Assembly: GCF_001194135.2 (NCBI RefSeq)
Contig: NC_068986.1
Span: 11,264,771 to 11,300,271 of the forward strand
Direction of reading: 5' to 3'
Length of the DNA stretch: 35,501 nucleotides
Origin: Octopus bimaculoides
Lineage: Eukaryota
The notes under the pieces are model-generated. The model saw nothing but the letters and a program-made list of their open reading frames with translations, did not search any database and was not told where the DNA came from. This document shows, one piece after another, positions 21,995-34,196 of the stretch. The stretch's first letter is position 1, and each line of letters opens with the position of its first letter. The translations under genes were made by a program, and so were the position numbers.

Positions 21995-22238
21995 TCATTG
22001 TCATCATCATCATTATACCAGTCATTTTCCCATGTTTACATGGGTCAAATGTAATTTGTTGAGGCAGATTTTCTATGGTCAGATGCTCTTCCTGTCACCA
22101 ACCCTTACCCGTTACCAAGCAAGGTAATATTTCCCCACGGCCAGACATGATTTTTCTTCATGAAAGATTGGAAATGAATGATGTTCATTTACAACCCTCA
22201 TATGGTGTCAAGACTAGGCCCATCCCCCTCACACACAC

Positions 22239-22281
<43 letters not shown>

Positions 22282-22510
22282 CATACACATACACACATAT
22301 ATATATATACACACACATATATACATAAATGAGTGTGTATACACATGCACAGACAAATGGCTTCTTTGAGTTTACATCAACTAAATTTATTCAAAAAGCT
22401 TTGGTCAATCTGGGGCTATAGTAGCAGGAACACGCCCAAGGTGGCACACAGTCAGACCAAAGCCAAAGTCATATGGTTGGGAAGCAAGCTTTTTAATCAC
22501 ATAGCCATAT
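21995..22510 (-). mobile_element. SINE family B with an expanded internal (TA)/(CA) microsatellite
   Basis: Tail 21995-22220, microsatellite 22228-22330, head 22355-22510. Confidence 0.8.
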
Positions 22511-23446
22511 CTATTCTGACCAATGCAAGAATGGAAAAGTAGGCATTAAAATGATGAAGACGGCCACTAAAAAGTCATAAATAAATTCTTGCTGTACTTC
22601 CTGTTTCATTAAATCAAATCATTTTTGAAAAATACTCTTGCAGGGATAGGAGCTGTAGTCAAAATACAGTTGTATCATTGGTTTACTTCACCTATCAGTA
22701 GAGCATGTATCATAAAAAGATACTCAGTGCTGCAGGAAGCAGTGGGAGTATTGCATAATTAAAGAGTGTTTTGTTATCATTCAATGCTGAATTCATATGC
22801 CTCAGCTAGAGAGACTTACTCTATGGCACATTATGACCTAAACAGTCTTATTGTTTCAGATTTAAATACAAAAACAGAAAATTTAATTTTAATTATTTTC
22901 TTTGGTTCACTTGAATTTTTCCTAACTGGAACTCCACTGGTTATGACAATGAATATTTCAGTTGCTCTGATCAACAGAACAGCCTGCTTGTGAGATTAAT
23001 GTACAAGTGGCTGAGTACTCCACACACACGTGTACCCTTAATGTAGTTCTCATGGAGATTCAGCATAATACAGAATGTGACAAGACTGGCACTTTGAATT
23101 ACAGGTACAACTCATTTTTGCCAGGTGAGTGGAACTGGAGCAACATGAAATAAAGTGTCTTGCTCAAGGACACAACATGCTGCCGGGAATTGAACTCATG
23201 ACCATACAATCATGAACTGAATACCTCTAACCACTAAGCCACGTACCTTCTTACTCTAAATGAATCTAACGGTTTTTGTGTGTTATTTTAAATGGCTTAT
23301 AAACACCTTCCACGCTGCAATTGTTTTTGTTCCAGCACACGATCTCAGATCAGGTCACTTGCTATGCAAGTACACTTCCGTAATTATTTTTATTGATTTC
23401 CATTTTCAATGATATATATACACATATATATATATATATCTATAAC

Positions 23447-23842
23447 ACCGGGCAAGTAAAGTGAGATCATGATTGAGAAGCGTGGCAAGTAAAATGAGAT
23501 CACAGCTGTGGCCGATACCAGTGTTGCATAACCAGCCCATTTAAAAGTACCCTTGAATTGTTGGGCAATATGCTGCACTTGGAAAGACCTACAAAATTGA
23601 AATCAAAATGGAAATTGTAGTTGTGGCTGATGCCAGTGCCACCTGACTGGCTCCCGTACTGGTGGTACATAAAAAGCACCCACTACACTCTTGGAGTGGT
23701 TGGCATTAGGAAGGGCATCCAGCTGTAGAAACACTGCAAGATCAGATTGGAGCCGGTGGAGCCCCCTGGCTCACCAGTCCTCAGTCAAACCATCCAACCC
23801 ATGCCAGCATGGAAAGCAGACATTAAACGATGATGATGATGA
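23447..23842 (+). mobile_element. Family A copy with 5' extension resembling an RTE ORF end
   Basis: GGCAAGTAAAGTGAGATC (twice) precedes the family A body; the same motif ends the RTE fragment at 2458-2526. Confidence 0.75.
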
Positions 23843-24267
23843 TATGTGTGCTAATGTTTTGCCAAGAGGAATAATGAAAGCAATGGCAATAGTGGTGGTG
23901 GTGGTGGTAGTTATAGCAGAACTCAATACAGGGTAAATAGTCCAGTACCTTTAACCTACTGTCAATATAAGCAAAATGGCTGAATGATTAAGAAGTCTGC
24001 TTCTTGATCATGAGGGTCTGAGTTCAATTCCCTTGCTTGGCATCTCCAGCAAGCATCTTTTAGTTTTGCGGAGGGCAAGACTACTTCTATAATGCTGAGG
24101 TCATGAAAAATATGCGCCGAGTGCACTCTGTAAATTGGTATTAGGAAGAGCATGGTATCCAGATACAGAAACCAAGCCAAAAGTGAAACACTGAAGCAAG
24201 ATGTGGTCCTGCGAACTGTCAGTTCCTTTCAAACCATCACACTCACATCAGCATGAAAAGTGGATAT

Positions 24268-24299
<32 letters not shown>

Positions 24300-24354
24300 G
24301 ATGATTGTGCATTATAGCTGCAGTCAGATAATACTAAACGAATGTGAGTGTTGT

Positions 24355-24510
24355 TTAACCCTTTAGCATTTAAACCAGCCATATCAGGCCTTTTATACTT
24401 ACCCTACAATGTCATTCTCAAAGCTACAAGGTAATGCCTGATTAATTGGAACAATTTGAATAAATGAATAAGCATTACATTTGACAGTAACTTGAATGCT
24501 AAATGATTAA
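24355..24510 (-). mobile_element. piggyBac-type MITE, same family, internally deleted
   Basis: TTAACCCTTTAGCATTTAAACC...GAATGCTAAATGATTAA. Confidence 0.75.
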
Positions 24511-24846
24511 TTTTTTAACGAGGCACAGAGTTAAATTTTGTACAATTGGAGAAGCGAGTGAATCCCACCCCCCACTTTATGTGCTAATGTGCACAGGTTC
24601 ATGCATGCAGGAGTTTAAAATGGTTGAGCAAATTTCAAAGCTGTGTGAATTGGAGAATTAATTTTACGGTTGGATGACCATGAAATAAAGTTGGAAATCG
24701 TATATGTCATTAGACAGGTTTGCTTAATGCTGTTGAGTAACAGGTTTACACCTAAATATGCAAAATATGTTTAAAGCAATGTTTAAAACCACAACTGCCC
24801 ACTCAGTTTCAGCACATCAAACTATGCCTACAAAATAATAATAATA

Positions 24847-25403
24847 AATGCCCTGATGCAGTACCAGGCTGTGGCTCTCATGGCTTCTGATCTTAACTGA
24901 TTGGAAGTGTTATCATGTACATTGTTTTGTCTTGGTATAAAAGATGGGCTACAGCAAATATTCTGCTCAATATCACAGATTTACTTGTCAGTTGTTTGAC
25001 CATAACCAGTTGAGCATGTCCTTAGTGGCTGATAATATGTGCATCTCTTATCAAGAACAGGAATAGTGGGAGAGCATCATAGCCACATGTTGAAAGAAAT
25101 TTCTGGAGGTTTGGATAATTCACTTTTGGAAACATAGGTGTTTTGTTCAACATCCTTAAACAACCCTTATTCAGGGGTCTTTTGAACGGGATGGGTTACT
25201 CAACCTGAAGAAAATTCTAACTGGGCCCCACCTGCAAGGTCATGCACTGTTTTATCTTGATATGAGATCACCATGTCATGCACATACGGTTGTGATGCAT
25301 GTGCCTGGTGTCCCCTTATCAGACGGGTAGTCATGATGGGTATACTGGGCTTTGTATATTTTACCTCAGTGTCATTTTGATGGCATGCACTGCTCTCTCA
25401 CTC
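24847..25403. repeat. Unclassified 557-bp interspersed element bounded by (AAT)n at both ends
   Basis: Sharp transitions to AAT repeats at both ends and no ORF. I recall this sequence as an abundant octopus repeat, but only one copy is in this window. Confidence 0.5.
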
Positions 25404-25446
25404 AATAATAATAATAATTATAATAATGACAATAATAATTTCAAAT

Positions 25447-25621
25447 NNNNNNNNNNNNNNNNNNNNNNNNNNNNNNNNNNNNNNNNNNNNNNNNNNNNNN
25501 NNNNNNNNNNNNNNNNNNNNNNNNNNNNNNNNNNNNNNNNNNNNNNNNNNNNNNNNNNNNNNNNNNNNNNNNNNNNNNNNNNNNNNNNNNNNNNNNNNNN
25601 NNNNNNNNNNNNNNNNNNNNN
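25447..25621. other. Assembly gap (175 N) inside a (TAA)n tract
   Basis: Run of N with AAT repeats on both sides. Confidence 1.
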
Positions 25622-25653
<32 letters not shown>

Positions 25654-26757
25654 TAGCACAGAAAAAGCTAAGCGTATGAAAGCCCGTGCTAAAACTGCTG
25701 CCTTAGATATTCTTACTGATAAATGGCAAGAAAAACCACTCAGTGACATACCCAAAGAGAGCTAATAATGCCGATGTTGACAAAGCCCTTATCCATCAAT
25801 AGTTAGTGTCTTCTGGTTTAAAATCACAGACAGAAGGGTTTATCATAGCAGCCCAAGATCAATGCCTACCTACAAGAAGCTACCAGGCCAACATATTAAA
25901 GAACGGCAGTAGCTCAACATGTCGTGTATGTAAACAACAAAATGAAACCATTGATCATGTTGTCTCCATGTGCAGTTTTTTGCGTCTACAGAGTATCTCA
26001 ACAGGCATGATAGAGCAGCACAATATATTCACTGGGTAATTTGCAAAGACTTGGACCTGCCCCATGATAAAAACTGGTGGGAACACAAACCACCTCCAGT
26101 GCTTGAAAATGACCACATCTCACTCCTCTAGAACTTCACTGTTCAAACTGACAGGAAGATAGATGCAAATAGGCCAGACATTATATTGAAGGACTTTAGA
26201 CAAAAAATCATGCCTCCTCATCGATATGACAGTCCCAATCGACATAACGTATCTGTCAAGACCTACCAAAAACTGAACAAGTATAAAGATCTTGAAATAG
26301 AAATTGACAAAATGTGGAACCTCAAGACTAAAACAATACCTGTTGTCATAGGTACTCTAGGAATGATAGCAAAAGGGGAAGACTGACGCATAGCTCAAAT
26401 ACCAGGAAATCCAAAAATGGAAGAAATTAAAAAAACAGTGCTCATAGAATTGCCCATATCCTATGTAAAATATTGTCTATGTAATCCCCAAAATATTTTA
26501 ATCTGTAAACAGTGTCAAAATACTTTTAAATGTACATAATAGCAAGTGCTTTTTCTGTCATTTTAACATCAGACTTTCATCTTATAATGAAACTACTTTT
26601 AAAACAAACTTCTAATTTATATATGTTTTGACAGACATTCAAATATATGGCGCCCTAGTCATAACACCAACTTGAACTTCTAACTTGTTGTCTCTTGAGG
26701 TCTCTGGGTGAGACTTGGAATCAACTTGTACAAATACGAAGCAAAAGCCAAACATGA
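25654..26757 (+). mobile_element. 5'-truncated R4/Dong-like RLE non-LTR retrotransposon (CCHC plus REL endonuclease plus 3' UTR)
   Basis: Contains KWQEKPL, SSGLKSQTEGFIIAAQDQCLPTR, the zinc knuckle CRVCKQQNETIDHVVSMC (25920-25973), NRPDIILKD and KYKDLEIEIDKMWNLKTKTIPVVIGTLG, with several frameshifts. (TAA)n lies on both flanks. Confidence 0.9.
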
Positions 26758-26939
26758 TAATAATAATAATAATAATAATAATAAAATTAATCGATTATGA
26801 ATTATGATGATTATTTTTATCTTTAACAAATAAATTTAAAATTCCCTACAAAAACAAAAAAGGCTAAATATTATGATAGATTAATCTTTTAGTCAAATGC
26901 TTAGACAATATATATCTTTGAATTACATGGAAAACCTTA

Positions 26940-27420
26940 GATTAGATTACTGCTGATAGCTTTGGTCTTGTAGAAGAAATTGAAGGGTTACAAAGAACAT
27001 TCACCAGTCATGTAACTTTGGTTAAAAACCTTAATGCCTGGAAATGTCTGAAAGCACTATGTCTCTTCTCTCTTAAGAGATATACTATCATATACACATG
27101 GAAAATCCTGGAGGGGCACGTTCCAAAATTCAGCATTAGAGAGAATTCTAACGCATGAACTGGTAGATACTGTCAGCTGCTTCCAAATATATCACCTTTG
27201 AAATCATAAGCGTAAACATTCTATTGTATCAGTCTGATATTTAGAGGTGCTCAACTGCCTGTCTAAAGAAATCAGAAAAATAAAAGGAACTTCTACTGAA
27301 ATATGTAAAAAAAAACAGTGGATAAACTCCTGCTAATCATTCCAGGATATGCTGAGGGAAGATCAGCTGCTACAAACTCAATCACAGACCAACTTCCAGC
27401 CACAAAGCAACATCAAAACT
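26940..27420 (+). mobile_element. CR1/L2-group LINE 3' fragment, decayed
   Basis: EEIEGLQRTFTSHV...WKCLKALCLFSL..YTIIYTWKILEGHVPKF and RSAATNSITDQ resemble the post-RT C-terminus of CR1/L2-like elements. Confidence 0.7.
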
Positions 27421-27599
27421 GATAGAAAATAAATTAAGGTGGTGCTCCAGCATGATCACAGCCATACGGTTGAAACCATTAAGGGAATTAAAACAAAAAT
27501 GTGTGGACAAGGATAAAGCTTTTAGCTTCCAAATGACTGTCTCACAAATATAAATAAAACAAAAGACTATTTTTAGCAAATTTGGGTCAGTAAGTATTG

Positions 27600-27960
27600 T
27601 GGCACTCTGTTGGTTACGACGACGAGAGTTCCAGTTGATCCGATTAATGGAACAGCCTGCTCGTGAAATTAACGTGTAAGTGGCTGAGCACTCCACAGAC
27701 ACGTGCACCCCTAACGTAGTTCTCGGGGAGATTCAGTGAGACACAGAGTGTGATAAGGCTGGCCCTTTGAAATACAGGTACAACAGAAACAGGAAGAAAG
27801 AGTGAGAGAAAGTTGTGGCGGAAGAGTACGGCAGGGTTCGCCACCAACCCCTGCTGGAGCCTTGTGGAGCTTTGGGTGCTTTCTCTCAATAAGTACTCAC
27901 AATGCCTTGTCTGGGAATCGAAACCGTGATCCCACGACCACGAGTCCGCTGCCCTAAGCC
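27600..27960 (-). mobile_element. SINE family D
   Basis: Near reverse complement of 20088-20448. Confidence 0.85.
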
Positions 27961-28166
27961 TAGAATAATACTGATACAATTTATTAGTCTTTCTCCTAAT
28001 TGACTGAAATTATTTCACTGAGAGATGCCCAGAGTATTACATATTGCATGTGTGTGTGTGTGTATGTGTGTGTGTGTATGTGTGTGTGTGTATGTATGTG
28101 TGTGCACATATGTAACATGTAATACAAACTAATCACAATGGAACTTTGCAATAAGTAATCTCCAAT

Positions 28167-28219
<53 letters not shown>

Positions 28220-28665
28220 ATGCAGTTATTGGTGCAGGTGTGACTGTGTGGTTTAAAAGCTTACTTCCCAACCATATTGTCTTGAGTTCAGTCTCACTGT
28301 GTAGCTCCTTGGGTAAGTGACTTCTACTCTAGCACCAGGCTGAACAAAGCCCTGTGAGTGGATATGGTAAATAGAAAATGAAAAAAGCCCATGTTCATAT
28401 ATATTTATTAGTGTGTGTGTGTGTGTGTGTGTGTATTGTGTGTACCCTTGTCAAGAATCATTGTCATACAAGTGATGTTTGTTCCCAATCTTCCATGGAA
28501 AACCTGTTTAGATATGGGGAATTTATTTACCCCGTTTATGAAATAGGTGAGGGTTGGCCACAGGAAGAGGACCCAGCCATAGAAAATCTGCTCCAACCAA
28601 TTCTTTTTGACCCATGCAAGCATGGAAAAGTAGATGTTAAAAGATGATAATGATGATGATGATAA
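28220..28665 (+). mobile_element. SINE family B, full length
   Basis: GGTGCAGGTGTGACTGTGTGG...GAGTTCAGTC head, internal (TG)n, tail TGACCCATGCAAGCATGGAAAAG..(GAT)n. Confidence 0.85.
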
Positions 28666-28682
28666 TATATAGATATATGTAA

Positions 28683-28895
28683 AGGTGGTGAGCTGGCAGA
28701 ACCGTTATCGCGCTGGGCGAAATGCTTAGCGGCATTTCGACTGTCTTTACGTTCTGAGTTCAAATTCCGCCGAGGTTGACTTTGCCTTTCATCCTTTCGG
28801 GGTCGACAAATTAAGTACCAGTTACATACCGGGGTAAATCTAATCAACTGGCTCCCTACCAACAAAAATTTTTAGCCTTGTGCTTAGAGTAGAAA
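28683..28895 (+). mobile_element. tRNA-derived SINE family C (young-looking copy)
   Basis: GGTGGTGAGCTGGCAGAA..GAGTTCAAATTCCGCCGAGGTTGACTTTGCCTTTCATCCTTTCGGGGTCGACAAATTAAGTACC. Other copies at 5690-5905, 11262-11470, 11488-11695 and 18058-18270 (all +). Confidence 0.85.
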
Positions 28896-30286
28896 CGAAT
28901 ATATACATATATAATACACACACACATGTTCTTATATATTGCTTGTCTGTAACAGAGACACTTATGAGATAACCCGTTTCTGTTTAATCTTTGATCAAAT
29001 ACAACATAAAACTTAATCCTCAATAGTCGTAGTCAATTTCTTAATCAGTATTTATTTTCGTTTATTTGTTTCAGTCCTTTGACTGTGGCCATACTGGGGC
29101 ACTGCCATGAAGGGGTTAGTCGAATGAATCAACCCCAGGACTTGTGGTTTTAAGCTTGGTTCTTGTTTTATTGGTCTCCTGTTTTCAACTGCTGAGTCAA
29201 GGGGATGTAAACACACTAACATCGGTTGTCAAGTGGTGGTGGGGAAGAAAGACACACATGATAGGCTCCTTTCATTTTCTGCTTACCAAATTCACTCCCA
29301 AGGCTTTGGTTGGCCCAAGTCTATAGTAGATGACACTTGCCCAAGATTCCACACAGTGGGACTGAACCCGGAACCATGTGGTTGGGAAGCACACTTCTTG
29401 CCACACAGCCATGCCTGCACCTATATCATCAGCAACCATCATCATCATCATCGTAATAAATATTTTGCACAATATAAGCAGTCAATGCATTGCTAATTGT
29501 CATCCATCCTTTTTTCTATTCCCTCTGCATCTTTCAGAATGTCAAAACAGTGTTGGCACTTTCTCCGCAGCATTTCGGAAAATGAAATTATCATATAAGC
29601 TAATCATCATTTTACATATCAAGAAATAAAGAATAAAAAAAAAGGTATTTGTGACGAGATAATGCATTAACTCTTTTGACATCGACCCATCAGGGACTGT
29701 CACTATGTCTATGAGTCTATGATACAAACATCCTATTTTAAAGGGATTTCATTTAAAGCATTTGATATAAATTTCATGTTAATTTATGCTCCAAAGAACA
29801 GCTTAATAATGACAAAATTATTTTACTAAATTTATCTTCCTGTTCCACCGCATCAGCACTGTTTTAATGTCTAGTTTTCTATGCTTCCATGGATCAGATG
29901 AAGTTTATTGAGACACATTTTCTACAGCTGGATGCTCTTCCTGTCAAGAACCTTCACCTGTTTCCCAGTAAAGTTAATACTTCTCCAGGGTTAAACACGT
30001 TTTTGATGGAAGGCTGGAAACAAACAAAAGTGTTTGTGTGACAGTGATCCATATTTATCACCGTCACATGATATCAAGACAAGGCTACATATAAACACAC
30101 GTTTCTGTGTGTTTGTGTGTATGTGTATATAGCCAATCACACTGTAAAGTGGGTAGTATTAGGAAGGGCATCCAGCTGTAAAAATCCTGCCACAAGTCAC
30201 AAAAGTCTGGTGCAGGTTTCTGCCTGGTTAGCTCCTGTCAAACTGTCCCACCCATGCCAGCATGGAAGGCAGATGTTAAATGATGA

Positions 30287-30331
<45 letters not shown>

Positions 30332-30816
30332 CAGAGATACTGGCATTGCTCAGGATTAAAATCACATAGTTTTTAATTGTTTTATTTGTTTCATTCATTT
30401 GTCTGTGGCCATGCTGGAGCACCGCCTTTAGTCGAACAAATCGACCCCGGGATTTAGTCTTTGTAAGCCCAGTACTTACAAAGTATATATATACTACTCT
30501 TTTACTTGTTTCAGTCATTGGAGCCTGGTGCAGCCATCTGGTTCGCCAGTCCTCAGTCAAATCATCCAACCCATGCTAGCATGGAAAGCGGACATTAAAT
30601 GATGATGATGATGATGACTCCAATATGAGAAATGATTTTTGAATATTTATGAATGTTTTCAACCACCCTCCCCCAACTAAGTACTGATTCTGACCAATGT
30701 TTTCTTGCACTGTGCACTTTAAAACAATGGAAGAAGCTTTGTAGGTTAAAGAAGAAAAAAAAATTAGGAAATTACAATCTTCACTTTCTTTATTTTCAAA
30801 TAGAAAATGAAACAAT

Positions 30817-31044
30817 TTAACCCTTTAGCATTCAGATTACTCTGTCAAATGTAAAGCCTGTTTAATTACATTGTTTTAAGTTAATTGTACAGCATCTTGT
30901 AACTCTGAGATTTTGATGATGTCCCTGTTTATTTTTAGAATGACTTTGTAGGGTAGGTGTGAGAGGTCAGAGCTGGCTGGTTTGAGCATAAAACAGGAAG
31001 ACAATTTTGGCCTGATATGGCCGGTTTAAACACTAAAGGGTTAA
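30817..31044 (+). mobile_element. piggyBac-type MITE (TTAA duplication, CCCTTTAG termini)
   Basis: TTAA|CCCTTTAGCATTC...CACTAAAGGG|TTAA; four more copies in the window. Confidence 0.85.
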
Positions 31045-33373
31045 AAACAATAGTGAAATTTAAAAAAAAAAAGGCTTGCATAAACCCCACCACCCGCAAA
31101 ATATTAACATTTTGGCTCACCGCCACATCCTGCAATTTAAAAAAAAAATCATAGTTTTAAAATATGGACAGTAAGAATCTGTGATTTACTTCTGTTCATA
31201 ATTTCAAAATAATTTTCAGATGAAAAGGTGATCTAAGGGAGATTTAGCTGTTATTTCTAGGACATTGCACAACCACCTGGTACCTTCCTTGCTTCTTTGT
31301 CACTCTCACATGTACTAAGGTTTTTCAATTCCCTCACGACCTTGTAAACACAAATGAGATGACAGAGGACCAAGATAAGTAGTGCTTTGCTGTACTTGAG
31401 GAGATCTGCCTACAACAGAATTGAGATCCTAAAATCAAAGTGCCACGTAAAAAGCACTGGAGCTGGTGCCACTTAAAAAAGGAACCCAGTACACACTGTG
31501 AGGTGGTTGGCATTAGGAAGGGCATCCAGCTGTAGAAACCAGGCCAAAACAGACATGGGAACCAGGTGTGGTGCCTAGCCTTGCCAGTCCCTGTTAAACC
31601 GTCCAACCCTTGGCAGCATGGAAAATGGATGTTAAACAATGATGATGATGATGATATATATACGATGGTAACTGTGTAGAAACTATTTGGTACAATTGGT
31701 ACCAATTGGAAACAATTTGGTAACTGTGTAGAAACACAGTTACAAAATTCACTTCAAAGCATTGATTGGCCAAGGGCTACAAAAGAAGACACTCCCCCAG
31801 GGTGCTGATCAGTGGGACTGAACCTGAAATCAGGGGTTTGCAATGCAAGCTTCTTAACCACACAACAATGCCTGTGCTTTGGGGCAACTATTTTTGCTAC
31901 CATAATAGTTACAGTGAAAGACATTTGTGAGGAAGGCAGACCAAGTTCAACCCAAGAGGAAGTGGTAAACCTGAATCTGAGAATGTTGAACTTCACGGAT
32001 GAGAGAAGATCAGATGAAGATAAATGGAATCATATCGAGTTGCTGACAAGAACCACACATGGTTTTCTCGTAAAACGAGCAAAAAAAAAAAAATGATTAT
32101 GATGCTGGTGATGCTAATGCTGTAACTGCTTATCAATAATTGTGAAGGCATGTCGCATAATGGTTAGGTATTCAGCTCAAGATGACACGGTCGTGAGTTC
32201 CAGTTCCTGGGGGTTGCGTCCTTAAGCAAGATACTTTATTTCACTTTGCTTCAGTCCACTCACCTGGCAGAAAATGTGCTGTACCTGTAATTGAAAGAGG
32301 CCAGCCTTGTCACATTTTGTGTTGTGTTCAATCTCCCTGAGAATTACATCAAAGGTCGCATGTCTGTGGAGTGCACAGCCACTTGCACATTAATTTCACG
32401 AGCAGGCTGTTCTGTTGATTGGAACCCTCGTTATCATAATTGATGGAGTGCCAGTCATCAATAATTCTGAGTTAAGAAAACTATCGACATTATTATTACT
32501 GGTATCGTACCACAAACTTGTGGGGTAGATTAATAGTTAAAACAACAACACCAGTGATTAGCAAGTGGTTGGTATACTAACCCCACCCCACTACTCAGCT
32601 GAGAGAAGTTAATATAATCCTAGTGGCATTCATCATCTTTATCATCATCATTTAATGTCTGGCTTCCATGCTAGCATAGTCTGGATAGTTTGATAGGGTT
32701 TCACAAGACAGAGGAGTGCCTTGTGTCCCAATGACTACTTTGGCATAGTTTCTATAGCTGAAGGCTCTTTGTAATGCCAACCACTTTGCAGAGCATACTG
32801 GTTGCTGTTGTTTGTGGCACCAGCACTAGTGATGATAGCTTTATAACTTGCAAGACTAAGGTCCTAAAGTGACCCCCAATAACTGAAGGAGAACAGAAAA
32901 TAAAGTGGGTGATGATTGTAGGTGGAGGGATAATAAGAGGAGGCAGATGGGATACTATCATAGGGGAAAGGGAAGGAATTAGTAACGAAGTTGAGAAAAA
33001 GGGATTCAAAATGTGCAAGGACCACATATACCTTAAGGCATTTATTCAGGTGCTCCTCTCTGTTATGAGTGACTTTAAAATAATATTAAGTGATACAGGT
33101 ATTATATCTTATACTCTGTGCAGTGGTTGGTGTCAGGCAGAGCGTCCAGCCGTAGAAACTAAACCAAAACAGACTATGGAACCTGGTGCAGCCCCTGGCC
33201 TTGCCAGTTTTTGTCAAGACAACCAACCCATGACAGTGTGAAAGACAGATGTATGATGATGATGATGATAGATAATACAGAGAGTTCTACAAACATAAAA
33301 ACAATAAATACTCAACAATTCTAGGATTGGGAATTAGCAATTTAGATTATTTAAAAAGCCAATTCTGTCATCA

Positions 33374-33600
33374 TTAATCCTTTAGCGTTCAAACTGGCCA
33401 TATCCACCCCAAATATTCTATCGGTTTTATGCTTAAACTGACCAGATCTGCCTGTCACACCTATCCTACAATGTCATTCTAAAAATAAACAAGCACATCT
33501 TTTAAATCACAAAGCTATAGGATAACACAGGATTAATTCAAAACAATGTGAATGAAAGAGTATTACATTTGGTAGAATAATCTGAATGCTAAAGGGTTGA
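33374..33600 (-). mobile_element. piggyBac-type MITE, same family
   Basis: TTAATCCTTTAGCG...GAATGCTAAAGGGTTGA; interior aligns with the 11004 copy. Confidence 0.85.
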
Positions 33601-33942
33601 CATGTATTCTCTACCCTATCTCAGTGTTTGCTCAGAGCCACTGCATTCCCAGATGGAGTTGCCTTCATTGTGGCTTCTAGAAACCTCATTATCGAAATTC
33701 TGAACATTTTACAGGAGTACAATTCTATATTTAAGAGATGAGGAATAATGTACATTATTTACATTATTTACATTTGACAGATATTTGTCTTCATCTTGTT
33801 TGTTGTTAACACGTTTTGGCTGATATACCCTCCAGCCTTCATCAGGTGTCTTGGGGAAATTTCGAACCTGGGTATTTTTTGATGTTATTATTATTATTAT
33901 TAATATTATTATTCAGGTCACTGCCTGGAATTGAAGCCCATG

Positions 33943-34020
33943 GGCATATGGCATAGTGGTTAAGAGCGTGGGCTACTAAACTCCAAGATTCCGAGTTCGA
34001 TTCCAGGCAGTGACCTGAAT
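33943..34020 (+). promoter_or_regulatory. tRNA-derived Pol III internal promoter (A and B box) in the element head; not a functional tRNA
   Basis: A-box-like TGGCATAGTGG and B-box-like GAGTTCGATTCC (33993-34004). There is no complete acceptor stem. Confidence 0.7.
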
Positions 34021-34045
34021 AATAATAATAATAATAATAATAACA

Positions 34046-34076
<31 letters not shown>

Positions 34077-34152
34077 CGACGACAACAACAACAACAACAA
34101 TAATATTGAAAAATACTGTAGGAATGAGAATCCAGGTTTGAAATTTCCCCAA

Positions 34153-34196
34153 GACACCTAATGAAGGCTGGCGGGTATATCAGCCGAAACATGTTA
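34153..34196 (+). ncRNA. Degenerate minimal type I hammerhead ribozyme motif (mirror copy at 33808-33850, minus)
   Basis: Plus copy: GACAC-CTAATGA-A-GGCTG..CAGCC-GAAA-CATGTT. Minus copy: GACAC-CTGATGA-A-GGCTG..CAGCC-AAAA-CGTGTT. Each copy has one core mutation, and the two complement to a full CUGAUGA/GAAA core. The stem III/NUH junction is too short in both. Confidence 0.55.

Noticed and set aside
31812-32096. 94-aa ORF with GRPSST, superficially mariner-like
   Set aside because: It starts inside a SINE head, there are no TIRs, and the similarity is limited to one short motif.
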